DNA of 41,541 nucleotides from Elsinoe ampelina (lineage: Eukaryota). The stretch covers positions 974,155-1,015,695 of the forward strand of contig ML992511.1 in NCBI GenBank assembly GCA_010093995.1, given 5' to 3'. A model generated the notes under the pieces. That model made no database searches. It saw only the letters and a program-made list of their open reading frames with translations, and had not been told where the DNA came from. Each line of letters starts with the position of its first letter. Position 1 is the first letter of the stretch. Position numbers and translations under genes: made by a program. Shown here one piece after another: positions 24,409 through 35,528 of the stretch.

Positions 24409-27400
24409 ATGAATCCGGACGATCAATTCCACAGGCGGAGTCAATCCAATGCGATCCCGCTGCAGGATCTCCGCTATCGAGATGAGGATCATGTCCCTGA
24501 GACTCCGACGCTGAGACGGACTTTGAGCGATAGGGGTCGGAATTTGTTCCAGCATAGTAGGAACTCGCTGCTTCAGCGGAATCAGCATGGGGTACATTAC
24601 GCGCCGGTCGGTGAGGGAAGTTCCAGAGCAGAGCGGACGACGCAGGCTCATGGGTTGGGATTGGGGTTGAACACAGATATGGGGGGGCAAAGAGTGTCTG
24701 CTGAACCGGAGGATGAGCCGGCCTTCTCTCCGGTCGGGCCGGGATTACAGGAAGCTATGGGCTTTGCTGGACTCACATATGCTGGAGAAGGGTACCCGAG
24801 TATACAAGAGCCGCCTGCGCTGCAGTCGAGAAGAGCAAGGTCACAAGATCTTCCAACACTGAGGACTGTCCCACCGGACAGCGATGATGATGCGGCGAGT
24901 TCGCTCATGCAGGAGGAATTTGGAGACGGCACTGGCGCATTCCCTTCAGAAAGCGATGCCGATACCATGCCTCTCACTGAATCTTCGAGGGTGGGACTTA
25001 ATACGCCTCAGTCCACACCAGGTCAGAGACACGACCGAAAAACGAGAAGCTCCGGCAGTATACGAGTCTATCTGTCTCCGAGCAGGACTGATGGCACGCG
25101 CGACTTGGAGCAGGGAGCTTCGTTGTCCCCTAATACGGCACGATCGCGATCAGGAAGCATGCTCACACCGACGTCTCCTATCACCGCGCCACTTCAAAGA
25201 GCTGGGACGATCATGGCGAAGATGTCGCAACGAGTCGTCAATCTGAGCAATGAACCAGAAGTTGTGGAGAAGAGCATAAAGCGATCAGCTTCAGTGGCGG
25301 ATGATGGCCATGGTCTACCTATTCTCGACACTTCCAGCCCGCGGCATTCCTCCCACACCAATCGGACAGCTTCGATAAAGTCTCCAGTGGTGGAGAAGCT
25401 CCCTTCGCCCATGCTGGAAGCGCCACTCCCTCCTCTCCCGAATAGGCCACATGGGGGCAGGGAGACCAATCCGCTCAAAGGCAAATCATTGGGCTTCTTC
25501 GGACCTGACAACCGCATCAGACTTGCACTGTGCGAAGTCCTCACACATCCATTCATAGAACCTACGCTACTACTCCTAATCATCCTACAGACCATTCTCC
25601 TTGCAGTCGATGCTCGAGAAAGTGTCTACAACGACCCCCGATCCCGCGTGTACGGCTCATCCACTATCGACTACGTCCTTACCGGTCTTTTCGTAGTCTA
25701 CACCCTCGAGATCATAGCCAAAGTTATAGTCTCTGGTCTCATCATCAATCCTGTCGAGTACAGCACCATCGACCGCAAGATCAGCTTCGGCCGAGCCGTC
25801 TTCAACAAAGCCAACGACATGTTCGCAGTGCACCGCAAGCATTCAGTGCATGGAGCGCCTAGAAGTCCTAGTTTTGTACCACAGCCGCCGCCACTACTGA
25901 GAAGCTTCACGACACAGAATTTCGAGGAGGCTCCTGGTTCTTCGAGGCAGGCGCAGAGGCGGAGACTGGCTCATCGAGCGTTTCTCCGGCATTCTTTCAA
26001 CCGTCTCGATTTTGTCGCAGTGGGTGCGTACTGGATCAGCTTCTGGATTGCAGTCTTCGGATTCGAGTCGAAACAGCATCTGTATGTCTTTCGCATGCTG
26101 AGCTGTTTGCGAATTTTGCGTCTGCTGGGTATCACGGGAGGTACTTCGGTCATCTTGAGATCCTTGAAGAGGGCTGCTCCCACATTGCTCAATGTCGCCT
26201 TCTTGATTGGATTCTTCTGGCTGCTGTTTGCGATCATTGGCATCCAAAGTTTCAAGTCTAGTCTGCGCAGAACTTGTGTCTGGGTGGATCCGGATACGAA
26301 CAGTCCAAATCCGCAGGCGAACTTTACACAGAATGTCGCGGGTGGATTTCAATTCTGTGGTGGTTGGCTCAATGCAAATTCAGAACCTCAACCATTCCTG
26401 CGACCTGATGGCTCTCCTGGTGCGGAGACAGCGAAAGGCTACCTCTGCCCGGTCAACAGCAGATGCGTCGAGGGCGAGAATCCATACAACAATACAGTCA
26501 GCTTCGACAACCTGCCGCAGAGTTTGGAAATGGTCTTTGTCATCATGACCTCAAACACCTGGTCTGATATCATGTACTATCTCACCGACAGCGACTATCT
26601 GGTGGCGGCACTCTTCTTCGCTTTCGGCCTGGTGATTATGACTCTCTGGCTCGTCAACTTGTTGATCGCCGTCATTACGTCTTCATTTCAGATCATTCGA
26701 GAGGAGAGCAAAGCTAGTGCGTTCGCAGCGGAACAGCGAGAAGACATGGATCTCCTGGCGGACGATGAGGTTGAGCTGGAGAAGCCACGGACTCACGCCC
26801 TCAAGCGATGGTTCGACAAGACGTACTACATCTGGATCGCAATCATCGCATTTGGTCTTGTTGCGCAGTGCTTCCGAAGCTCTACCATGGGCGAGGGGAG
26901 AAAGCAATTCATTTTCCTGGCCGAGCTACACGTTACTGGTGCTCTTGACATCGAGATTGCTCTTCGTCTGATCATTGATTGGCGGAATTTCTTCAAACGC
27001 AAGCACAACATCATTGACCTTTTCCTGGCTATCGTCACGAGTGTCATCCAGATACCTGCGATCCGCGAATCAGGGCAAGTCTACGCCTGGCTGTCAATCT
27101 TTCAGATCCTGCGAGTGTATCGTGTCGTTCTGTCAGTCCAGATCACCCGCGACTTGATCATGGTCGTCCTTGGGAACTTCAGCGGTCTGGCCAATTTGAT
27201 TTTGTTTGTGTTCCTCCTCACTTTCCTGTCCGCCATCTTTGCAACGCAACTCTTCCGAGGCGAGCTACCACCCGAAGACAGCCAGGGCGAGACCATTGAA
27301 GTCACCTTCTTCACAATCTGGAATGCTTTCCTCGGAATGTATCAGATGCTCTCCAGCGAGAATTGGACCTCGATTTTGTATAACGTCACAAATTATCAGG

Positions 27401-30400
27401 TCGCTTACAACAATGGCTGGATAGGAGCTGCCTTTTGCATTCTTTGGTACATCTTGGCCAACTTTGTCGTCCTGAACATGTTCATTGCTGTCATTCAGGA
27501 GAACTTTGATGTTTCAGAAGATGAGAAGCGGTTGCAGCAAGTCAAGGCATTTTTGCAGCAAAAGAGGTTCATAGGGTCTGGCACAGGTGTGCTGTCGCTC
27601 TCGTCAATCTTCAAATTTGGTCACGCAAAGAGACAGGACCCACTGGACTTTGGGTCAGCTGCCACGGAGATGCTGCTCAAGGATGCTGTCGTGAAGGATT
27701 TCCTCGAAGATCCACCCGAAGGTGAAGGACCACCACCCATGCCTACACCGGCGAGAACAATGACCATTCTACCCATGGACGACAAAGTCATAACCAGTAT
27801 GCCTGGTCGTGGTCTCTGGAACAAGTTGAAACGCAAGATGTTCAACCAGGAGCCAAATCCATTCTACGCCAAATCACAGATCAACACTGCATTCCAGGAC
27901 CTCGACCCGAAGACCATGGCAAGGGAAGTCGTAGCTGCGGCTGAAAAGCAGAAACTGGCGCAGAAGGAATATCTCAAGAAACATCCCGACTACAACACAT
28001 CTCTGTACTTCTTCCGACCCGATCATCCTGTTCGCAGGTTCTGCTGCCAAATTGTTGGACCAGGTAGAGGCGGCCATCGTCATCAAGGACCAATGCCCTC
28101 AGCTCCAGTCTGGTATGCCTTCTCCGCATTCATCTACTGTGCTATCGTAGCCATGGTGATTCTGGCTTGTATCACGACCCCGCTTTACCAGAAGGAGTAC
28201 TTTGAGGCAAACGGCTTCAGGCGTGGAAACTGGTTCGTCTGGACCGATATCGCTTTCGCCGGCCTTTTCACGGTCGAGATTGTGATCAAAGTCATTGCCG
28301 ATGGGTTCTTCTGGACGCCGAATGCTTACCTGCGAGGATCTTGGGGCTTCATAGACGGGGTCGTCTTGATCTCGTTGTGGGTCAATGTCTTTGCTCTGCT
28401 TTTCGATCCGGGATCTGGATCGAGGACGATTGGTGCTTTCAAGGCGCTTCGTGCTCTGCGTCTGCTCAATGTCAGCGATAGTGCGAGGGATACATTCCAC
28501 TCTGTCATCGTCATGGGAGGATGGAAGGTCTTGTCTGCCATGTTCGTTTCCATCAGCTTGCTAATTCCGTTCGCCATCTATGGTCTCAACTTGTTCAATG
28601 GGCAGATGCAGAGCTGCAACGATGGTGGTGCAAATATCTACAACCTCACAGACTGTGTGGGGGAGTACATGGCTTCACCAAACGGGTGGAACGTACTTGC
28701 TCCACGCGTGGTTTCCAACAGCTACTACAGCTTCGACGACTTTGGCGACTCCCTCTTCATCCTTTTCCAGATTGTCTCTCAAGAAGGCTGGATCGACGTC
28801 ATGTGGAGTGGTCAGTCCATTACCGGCATCTTCACTCAGCCCGCGGCCTTTGCATCACAAGGCAATGCCGTGTTCTTCGTCATCTTCAACTTGCTCGGTG
28901 CCGTCTTCGTGCTTACACTGTTTGTCTCCGTCTTCATGCGCAATTACACGGAACAGACAGGTGTGGCATTCTTGACAACCGAGCAGCGATCCTGGCTGGA
29001 ATTGAGAAAGCTGTTGCGTCAGATTTCGCCGTCGAAGCGACCGAGCTCCAAGAAGCAGAGGGAGAGCTGGCAGGAGTGGTGCTACAAAAGGTCAATCAAG
29101 AAGAATGGACGCTGGCAAAGGACGATCACTGCGCTGCTTGTTGGGCATGTTATATTGCTCTGTCTGGAGTGGTATCCTGATGGGACGCAGTGGTTGAGGA
29201 TCAGAGATTATATTTTCTTGGGCATGACGTGTGTCTACATGGTGAATATTGGGATCCGCATCATCGGGTTGTCCTGGGCACGCTTCCGAAAGAGTGCGTG
29301 GGATATGTACTCTGTTGTTGCGGTATCGGGCACACTGGCTACGACAGTCCTGCTTCTGACCAACTTCCGGCAAAGAGACTATGTGCAACTGCACAAGCTG
29401 TTCCTGGTATCACTGGCGCTCCTGCTCATTCCTCGCAACAATCAGCTCGATCAGCTCTTCAAAACAGCAGCTGCCAGTTTGACATCCATTGGCAATCTCC
29501 TTGCGACCTGGTTTGTCATGTTCCTTGTCTTCGCCATCGCGCTCACCCAGACATTCGGTCTGACTCGATTCGGCGAAAACGAATCTGGCAACGTCAACGT
29601 CCGCTCGGTACCGAAGGCGCTCATCATGCTCTTCCGAACATCTGTCGGTGAAGGCTGGAACCAACTCATGAACGACTTTGCTACCGTTGAGCCGCCCTTC
29701 TGCACTATCGGCGAACGCTACTTTGATGGCGACTGTGGTAGCAAGAATTGGGCCTGGGCCATCTTCATCTCCTGGAACATCCTGAGCATGTACATCTTCG
29801 TCAATTTGTTTGTCTCGCTCATCTACGAGTCTTTCTCGTATGTGTACCAGCGAAGCAGCGGACTCAGCGTCATTTCGCGAGAGGAGATCAGGAGGTTCAA
29901 GCAAGCTTGGGCTGAGCATGATCCTGATGGGACGGGATATATCTCCAAGCAGGCCTTTCCAAGATTGCTTGGTGAGCTGTCAGGTGTCTTTGAGATGAGA
30001 ATTTACGATGGTGACTTTACGGTCACTGCGCTGATGGAGGATTGCAAGGTGGACTCACACCGCATGACGATGAACTCACTCGAGACCGCCCATCGCAACC
30101 CGGATATCGATATCGAGAAGCTTAATCAGCGTCTCTCGGAGCTTCCGATATATGAGATTCGCCAGAGAAGACATCGCATGAACCAGTTCTACGAAGAAGT
30201 GCTGGTGTCTGCGGATCCAGACAAGGGCATTGAATTCAATGCGCTGCTGATGATCCTGGCCCATTACAAGGTCATCAACGACAACCGATCTCTGCGACTA
30301 GAGGAGTTCCTGCGTCGCCGAGCAAGACTGCAGCGTGTTGACGAGGCTGTCAAGCGCAATGTCGTCATTGGCTTCTTCGACACTCTTTACTGGTCACGCA

Positions 30401-31476
30401 AGTTCCGCCGCCGGATCGATAGCCGCAAGGAAGCACGCATGACTGCCGTTCCTAGCCACGACTTTGCCGTCCCTGAGATCTTTGTTCAAGACGAGTCTGA
30501 ATCACCTCATGCCCTCAATCAACCAGGTATCAGTCCTATGACTCCTCAAACACGACAAGAAGGCTTTCCCTCGTTCGACGGCAACAACAGCATTCAATCT
30601 ACGCCTGGTTCCGAATCCCGCGCTTCCGTCCGAGACAGCTCACCAGGCAGCATCGCAGCACCATCTGTCCGCGACTTTGTTCCATCCTACTACTTCTCTC
30701 CCTCGCCCGACCACTCTTCGACCGACCCACCAGACATTCCCCGCTCCCGCTCCAACACAACCACAACCCTAGCCTCCAACCCAGACCAAACCCACCAGGC
30801 CCGTTCGCGCGCTACATCCAACGTCTCCCCTCTCTCCTCACCCACTCCCGCACAGACAATGCGCTTCACAGACGCCGCCTCCCGCTTCGCTCCCATTCCC
30901 GGACAACGAGCCAGCGCTACCCCTTCGCCTTCACCATCCCCGAATCGCTCCCGCACCAACACTGCGACCTCCACAGCAGGCAGACCACGCATCAACACCG
31001 CCACTTCCGCCTCCGGCGCCTTCACCGGGCCATTGAGCCCAGGCGGCACAGGCGGCGAAGGCTGGCTCGCTCACGCCCTCAGCCAGGGCAACGATCGAGT
31101 CGTTCGCCCCTACAGCTCCGTCGGCGGTGCAGCGAATGGAGACCTCGGCTCCCTTTCTAATCGTCGCGTGGGCGAAGCAGACACCACCGCGGGCGCGCAA
31201 GGATTGGGAGTAGCGCAAGGCGGGAGACAAAGGGCAGCGACGGTGAGTCATCAGAGTGTGCTGCAGGTGCTGGACGAGAGTGCGTGGGGGGAGAGTATTA
31301 GAAGGAGTTTTAGTACCAGACGGGGGACGACGGTGAGGAGGGTCAGGGGTAGCGAGGGGGGGCAGGGAGGGGTGAGGATGTTTAGCGGGGGGGAGGGGGG
31401 AGGGGGGAGAGATGAGGATGGGGAGGAGGAGAGGAGACGGGGAACGGGAGGGGGAGGGTATAGACGACTTTCGTAG
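24409..31476 (+). CDS. CCH1: High-affinity calcium channel Cch1 (4x6TM), 2355 aa, single exon
   Basis: Four repeats with S4-like R/K helices (RMLSCLRILRLL, KALRALRLL). Pore motifs MTSNTW, SSENW, SQEGW, VGEGW give the N/E/E/E filter; EF-hand-like WAEHDPDGTGYIS. Confidence 0.95.
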   Translation: MNPDDQFHRRSQSNAIPLQDLRYRDEDHVPETPTLRRTLSDRGRNLFQHSRNSLLQRNQHGVHYAPVGEGSSRAERTTQAHGLGLGLNTDMGGQRVSAEPEDEPAFSPVGPGLQEAMGFAGLTYAGEGYPSIQEPPALQSRRARSQDLPTLRTVPPDSDDDAASSLMQEEFGDGTGAFPSESDADTMPLTESSRVGLNTPQSTPGQRHDRKTRSSGSIRVYLSPSRTDGTRDLEQGASLSPNTARSRSGSMLTPTSPITAPLQRAGTIMAKMSQRVVNLSNEPEVVEKSIKRSASVADDGHGLPILDTSSPRHSSHTNRTASIKSPVVEKLPSPMLEAPLPPLPNRPHGGRETNPLKGKSLGFFGPDNRIRLALCEVLTHPFIEPTLLLLIILQTILLAVDARESVYNDPRSRVYGSSTIDYVLTGLFVVYTLEIIAKVIVSGLIINPVEYSTIDRKISFGRAVFNKANDMFAVHRKHSVHGAPRSPSFVPQPPPLLRSFTTQNFEEAPGSSRQAQRRRLAHRAFLRHSFNRLDFVAVGAYWISFWIAVFGFESKQHLYVFRMLSCLRILRLLGITGGTSVILRSLKRAAPTLLNVAFLIGFFWLLFAIIGIQSFKSSLRRTCVWVDPDTNSPNPQANFTQNVAGGFQFCGGWLNANSEPQPFLRPDGSPGAETAKGYLCPVNSRCVEGENPYNNTVSFDNLPQSLEMVFVIMTSNTWSDIMYYLTDSDYLVAALFFAFGLVIMTLWLVNLLIAVITSSFQIIREESKASAFAAEQREDMDLLADDEVELEKPRTHALKRWFDKTYYIWIAIIAFGLVAQCFRSSTMGEGRKQFIFLAELHVTGALDIEIALRLIIDWRNFFKRKHNIIDLFLAIVTSVIQIPAIRESGQVYAWLSIFQILRVYRVVLSVQITRDLIMVVLGNFSGLANLILFVFLLTFLSAIFATQLFRGELPPEDSQGETIEVTFFTIWNAFLGMYQMLSSENWTSILYNVTNYQVAYNNGWIGAAFCILWYILANFVVLNMFIAVIQENFDVSEDEKRLQQVKAFLQQKRFIGSGTGVLSLSSIFKFGHAKRQDPLDFGSAATEMLLKDAVVKDFLEDPPEGEGPPPMPTPARTMTILPMDDKVITSMPGRGLWNKLKRKMFNQEPNPFYAKSQINTAFQDLDPKTMAREVVAAAEKQKLAQKEYLKKHPDYNTSLYFFRPDHPVRRFCCQIVGPGRGGHRHQGPMPSAPVWYAFSAFIYCAIVAMVILACITTPLYQKEYFEANGFRRGNWFVWTDIAFAGLFTVEIVIKVIADGFFWTPNAYLRGSWGFIDGVVLISLWVNVFALLFDPGSGSRTIGAFKALRALRLLNVSDSARDTFHSVIVMGGWKVLSAMFVSISLLIPFAIYGLNLFNGQMQSCNDGGANIYNLTDCVGEYMASPNGWNVLAPRVVSNSYYSFDDFGDSLFILFQIVSQEGWIDVMWSGQSITGIFTQPAAFASQGNAVFFVIFNLLGAVFVLTLFVSVFMRNYTEQTGVAFLTTEQRSWLELRKLLRQISPSKRPSSKKQRESWQEWCYKRSIKKNGRWQRTITALLVGHVILLCLEWYPDGTQWLRIRDYIFLGMTCVYMVNIGIRIIGLSWARFRKSAWDMYSVVAVSGTLATTVLLLTNFRQRDYVQLHKLFLVSLALLLIPRNNQLDQLFKTAAASLTSIGNLLATWFVMFLVFAIALTQTFGLTRFGENESGNVNVRSVPKALIMLFRTSVGEGWNQLMNDFATVEPPFCTIGERYFDGDCGSKNWAWAIFISWNILSMYIFVNLFVSLIYESFSYVYQRSSGLSVISREEIRRFKQAWAEHDPDGTGYISKQAFPRLLGELSGVFEMRIYDGDFTVTALMEDCKVDSHRMTMNSLETAHRNPDIDIEKLNQRLSELPIYEIRQRRHRMNQFYEEVLVSADPDKGIEFNALLMILAHYKVINDNRSLRLEEFLRRRARLQRVDEAVKRNVVIGFFDTLYWSRKFRRRIDSRKEARMTAVPSHDFAVPEIFVQDESESPHALNQPGISPMTPQTRQEGFPSFDGNNSIQSTPGSESRASVRDSSPGSIAAPSVRDFVPSYYFSPSPDHSSTDPPDIPRSRSNTTTTLASNPDQTHQARSRATSNVSPLSSPTPAQTMRFTDAASRFAPIPGQRASATPSPSPSPNRSRTNTATSTAGRPRINTATSASGAFTGPLSPGGTGGEGWLAHALSQGNDRVVRPYSSVGGAANGDLGSLSNRRVGEADTTAGAQGLGVAQGGRQRAATVSHQSVLQVLDESAWGESIRRSFSTRRGTTVRRVRGSEGGQGGVRMFSGGEGGGGRDEDGEEERRRGTGGGGYRRLS

Positions 31477-32226
31477 AAGGTGGGAGGGTGGTGATGCAGG
31501 GGTGAACGCCGGGGTGAAACGCCGGGGTGTTTCAATGGCAAGGGAATGCAGTAGGAAATGGAATGTAGGGAGCGATGGCATGGGGTGATAGACATGGGAT
31601 AGGAGGGCGAACAGAATAGACCAGGTCGATATTGTACAGCTCCGGATGAGGTAGATGTGAACAATGATAATTCATGAATCATGCTTGTATGTGCTCTTTG
31701 CTAAGGTCGTCTGCGTCTGTGTTTGAATACCTATCCCGTGGTCTCAAGGATGCAAGATGGAGAGAGAACTGCACATGATACCTATTCGTGATGCCGATCG
31801 TAAATTGGCCGTGTGGGCCCTGCTGTACCGGAAATTGCCAGGCTGGGAGCAGGGTCGCTTCGCTTGCTGATCCTGCTGCTGTCCTCTGTTCTGGGAAACC
31901 TTCAAGATAGAGATATTGTGCTTAGACCTTCCCCTTCAACGAAGCTTGGACTTCATGTGTTCGTCCTGATCAAGCGATCCGGCATCGACGGCGGATCGCA
32001 AGCTCTTTCTCATGAGGAATACCATTACGATGGACTCAGTCGGAGAGGCCCAAGCAGTCAACCTGCCAATGTACATCCAGAATAACACGGCAAGCAGATC
32101 GTAGGAATACATCCAACAACTCCGCCAGAAGTGTAAACCAGATTGCGATGCAAACCCAGGCTCCTTGTCCATCTCAGGCGCACCAGCCTCCTCCTCTCCA
32201 ACCTCATCCCCTTCCCGCCCTCCCCC

Positions 32227-33363
32227 TCACCTCGCCCTCCTCTCTGTCCCGGCCCACCCATAATACCCCCCACCAAACTCCAAACTCCCCCCTTCAAACC
32301 TCTTCTCCTCCCTGCACACCCACCTGCCCGCCCCCGTCCCCTCCCTCCCCCCAGCCCACCACCCCCTCAAATCCCACCACCTCTCCCCCCAAACCCACTC
32401 ATACACGCCCACGCTAATCTCCGCACTGAAACTCTGCGCGAGGAAATTATCCCGATGACTCTCGGGGAACGGACTCGCGAGGGGGAAGAACGTGCCCTCG
32501 TCCGCGGTGGCGTGGACGTCGATGCGGGTGCACCAGTTCCTCGCGGAAAGGGTGAAGGTGCGTTTCTCCCAGTTTGGGACCGCGGAGAGGGAAGGGGAGA
32601 GGCCGAGGAGACGCATGGCGAGGGGGGGCCGGAAGTCGAGTTCGTAGACGGGGTGGGATGGGGTGCAGGATGGGTGGGTCGTGGAGCGGTAGCCGAGGAG
32701 GTACGCTTCTGTGCCGAGGATCTGGCCGCCGGCGATGCAGAGGGAGGCGTGGGGGTTGGGAGAGGAGGAGGGGGAGGGGGAGGGGGTGGAGGAGCGAGCT
32801 TGCACCCAGATGTGCGCGGAGGGGAAGGAGTTGGCCCAGTTTTTCTCTTGGTGGACTGTGGCGGTGCCGGATTTGTCTTCGTTTGCGAGGTGGGGGTAGG
32901 AGGGGATGGAGAGGTTGTAGGAGCAGAGAGAGCCGAGGGAGTGGACGTGCCAGTGGAGGGGGAGGGGGAGATAGACTAGTGGTCCTTCTGGGGTGTCCGT
33001 GCTTGTTGACCAGGGTACGTGTGTGGTGGTCTTCCCGGAGAAGGTGAAGTCTTCGTGTCTGATCGAGTATGAAGTGATGCTGTTGTTCGCGACTGTCATG
33101 TGGCCAATCCCTGGCGCTTCCAGCGTGAAGGATGTTCCGTCACCGGTTCGATGCATGGACATCTCGTCCGGCCAGATGAATCGCTGAAAATATCCATGTT
33201 CCTTTGTCGACTTTGGTACATAGGTAAAGGAGACCTTGTGAGGCCGTTTCTCAGCTTTAGGCACAGTGCAAATGATTAATGCTATTCGTCCTCCAGATGG
33301 CAGATCGAACTTGGAATAGTAGCCTTCGAAGCCAGATCCCGGGTGTGGTGCAAAGTGCTCCAT
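32227..33363 (-). CDS. Tocopherol-cyclase-like beta-barrel protein (~378 aa)
   Basis: ATG at 33363. FEGYY near the N-terminus and HQEKNWANSFPSAHIWVQ, AGG and terminal LEFGG resemble VTE1/tocopherol cyclase motifs (FEGWY; EKNWG.SFP..W.W; LE.GG). Assignment from motif recall. Confidence 0.65.
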   Translation of the reverse strand: MEHFAPHPGSGFEGYYSKFDLPSGGRIALIICTVPKAEKRPHKVSFTYVPKSTKEHGYFQRFIWPDEMSMHRTGDGTSFTLEAPGIGHMTVANNSITSYSIRHEDFTFSGKTTTHVPWSTSTDTPEGPLVYLPLPLHWHVHSLGSLCSYNLSIPSYPHLANEDKSGTATVHQEKNWANSFPSAHIWVQARSSTPSPSPSSSPNPHASLCIAGGQILGTEAYLLGYRSTTHPSCTPSHPVYELDFRPPLAMRLLGLSPSLSAVPNWEKRTFTLSARNWCTRIDVHATADEGTFFPLASPFPESHRDNFLAQSFSAEISVGVYEWVWGERWWDLRGWWAGGREGTGAGRWVCREEKRFEGGSLEFGGGYYGWAGTERRAR

Positions 33364-34934
33364 GATTGCTAATCCACGAATATAGCAAGAATGTAGCAGA
33401 TTCCAGTACCTCACTTACGCTTCTCAAGAATATTACATTATGAACCGTCAGTCATCGATATATTGTCGTCGCCAACCTGACGTCACATGCCCACGCGGCT
33501 CAACGGGCCGCATATCAATGCACGTGCCCTCGGAAAGCCCACCGCATATGGTGAGCAAAACGTGAGCAATTTTGCATGTGATCTCGTCTACGACCCTTCC
33601 AGCGAGAGAGACACTCAACAAGACAGTGGTAGCGCTCAGAAAAGCTTCAAAAAGGGTATAACAGAGGTCAAAAGGAGTAGCACCAACTGGTTTCGATCCA
33701 GTGTCCTCCGGGTTATGAGCCCGGCGCGCTTGGTACAGTTAGTCTCAGATTACTGCCAACGACGAGATATTATCGAACCTTCCGCTGCGCCATGGTGCTG
33801 GGCTTGAAATCATTCGATTCAGATCGAAAACGATCAATTTATGACAGTCCAGGCCCATATATACAATATATACCTAATTTTCAAGCGCCAAGAGCAGACC
33901 AGGATTTCAGTGCCGTCCAACCTCCAGTTCGGGACTAGACACGACCTTGTACAGCACGGAGACATAAACATCCCCGAAGCGGGCCTGTAAGAATTATCCT
34001 ATCATTGATCCTGATATGCAGGACGGCGAGCAAATTGGCACAAAGAGCAAGTACGACAGCGCCGGCTTACATGAATCCATCACAAATCTTTCACAGCCCA
34101 GACTGCAAGACGAGCCAGACTTTCTTGTGTTCTCAACCGTTCATCCTCTCATGGTATGATCAAGCCTCTCTTGTCCTTTCGCCTTGATACCGGCGCATTC
34201 TGGGGCCGACCCTTCTGCACGGACTGCCTGGATAGGCAGACCACATGCCAGCACGTAGTATACATCAGTGAGTGCCGTCTGAGACTTCGAGCCACCGTGT
34301 TTCCAGCACCTTTGGCACACGCAGAAAGACTTCTGCAGGATCACCTGTCATTCCATTTCGGAGCAAACCCCTTGGGTTGTCAGACAGGTCACTTGTTTAG
34401 TCTACGGCGTGAGCCGCGACGGTCAAATCAGCTTGGAATTCTGCATGTGTATCAATACACAGGTAGGCAAGACTTCTAGAAGGTAGGTCAACGATCGCAC
34501 CAGCGTGTATGACCGCATGTCAGGCGGTAAGGACTCCAGAAGTGACATTTTTTATCGCTTCCTTCGAGAGGTCTCTGACGCTCTGCAAGCGAAGCCAAAG
34601 CCTAGATCACACCTTGGTAGCTACCATGCCTCTGGTCTACCACGAAACGTCCTCTCAGTGAGCGGAACCAAAGACTTGGTTCTACCCTGGTAGGTATCAT
34701 GTCCCTGATTCTACTACGAATGATGTCCTCCGCAGTGGGTTCAGCACGAGAATTGATACCTCGCTATAACAAAGCTGCTGCGCCGTCCCGGAACCGTTGG
34801 TAAATGGTTCGGATCAGGTCTTTAGCGTTCCACCATTCATTTCAGGCCATGGGCTTACGGGGCTCTAAGGGATAGAAGGTACATTGTTGGACAGTGCGAC
34901 GAACAGCGTCGCCGCTGGTCGCAAACAGCACGTC

Positions 34935-35029
34935 GGTGGGAAGGGCAAAGACAGGTAGGAAGGGCAAAGACTGGTAGGAAGGGCAAAGACTGGTAGCATG
35001 GGCACGGGCTGGTAGGAAGGGCCGAAGGG
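34935..35029 (+). repeat. Minisatellite: 5 copies of a 19-bp unit GGTAGGAAGGGCAAAGACT
   Basis: Units start at 34935, 34954, 34973, 34992 and 35011. Copies 2 and 3 are identical; copies 4 and 5 are diverged. Confidence 0.9.
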
Positions 35030-35528
35030 TGCATCAAGGTGGCACAAGGTTGTACATCGACATTAGAGCTCTTTAGCAGTCAGAAATGTACAGTTTAGCG
35101 CACGAACCCGTACGGTTGATTTGTGAATGCCTAAAAGAGGCTTTTTATTACGACGCGAACGCGCTGTCTTGCGCGTTTAGGGCACTAAGCGGGAGCTAGG
35201 CTACATTAGGAATGTATAAATCAACTGTACAGAGGTTTGTATAGAACCGTATAGACCTTGATACGCTTAAAACCAGGTTTCACGCTATTTACGCCGCGAA
35301 AAGTCTAATTATGCGTGCTTCATGCGATGTCGGAAGAGCATTATAGACCCTTAATCTGTTTATAGCTAAAGTAGTTATCCGCTGACCGGCTTACCTCTTT
35401 AGGTAGGTACAACGCACAGAGAACAGTACAAAACACGAGTTGATAAAGAGCTCTATTAAATACTCTGCAAACACTCCCACTTCTGAAATGCGACCCGCTG
35501 CTGGCCTAGAGGGGAGAAGAACTTTCCA

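Noticed and set aside
31499..31529. GGGGTGAA(A)CGCC short tandem repeat after the CCH1 stop
   Set aside because: Only about 2.5 copies in G-rich UTR; likely replication slippage with no evidence of function.
30931..31682. Minus-strand Pro/Ser-rich ORFs over the CCH1 3' end
   Set aside because: Low-complexity antisense ORFs caused by the G-rich block.
31813..32172. Short ORFs between CCH1 and the cyclase-like gene
   Set aside because: No motif, splice or codon-bias support; likely overlapping 3' UTR or intergenic sequence.
32143..32979. 278-aa + strand ORF (Pro-rich then Gly-rich)
   Set aside because: Antisense shadow of the cyclase-like gene; it is open only because the C/G-skewed sequence lacks stop codons.
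33841..34693. Possible multi-exon gene built from short + ORFs with GT..AG pairs
   Set aside because: A join after 33986 gives only a ~110-aa peptide with no recognisable features; downstream joins are ambiguous and branch sites weak.
34935..35029. Possible CRISPR-like array
   Set aside because: Units are directly adjacent with no unique spacers, and the context is eukaryotic; it is a minisatellite.
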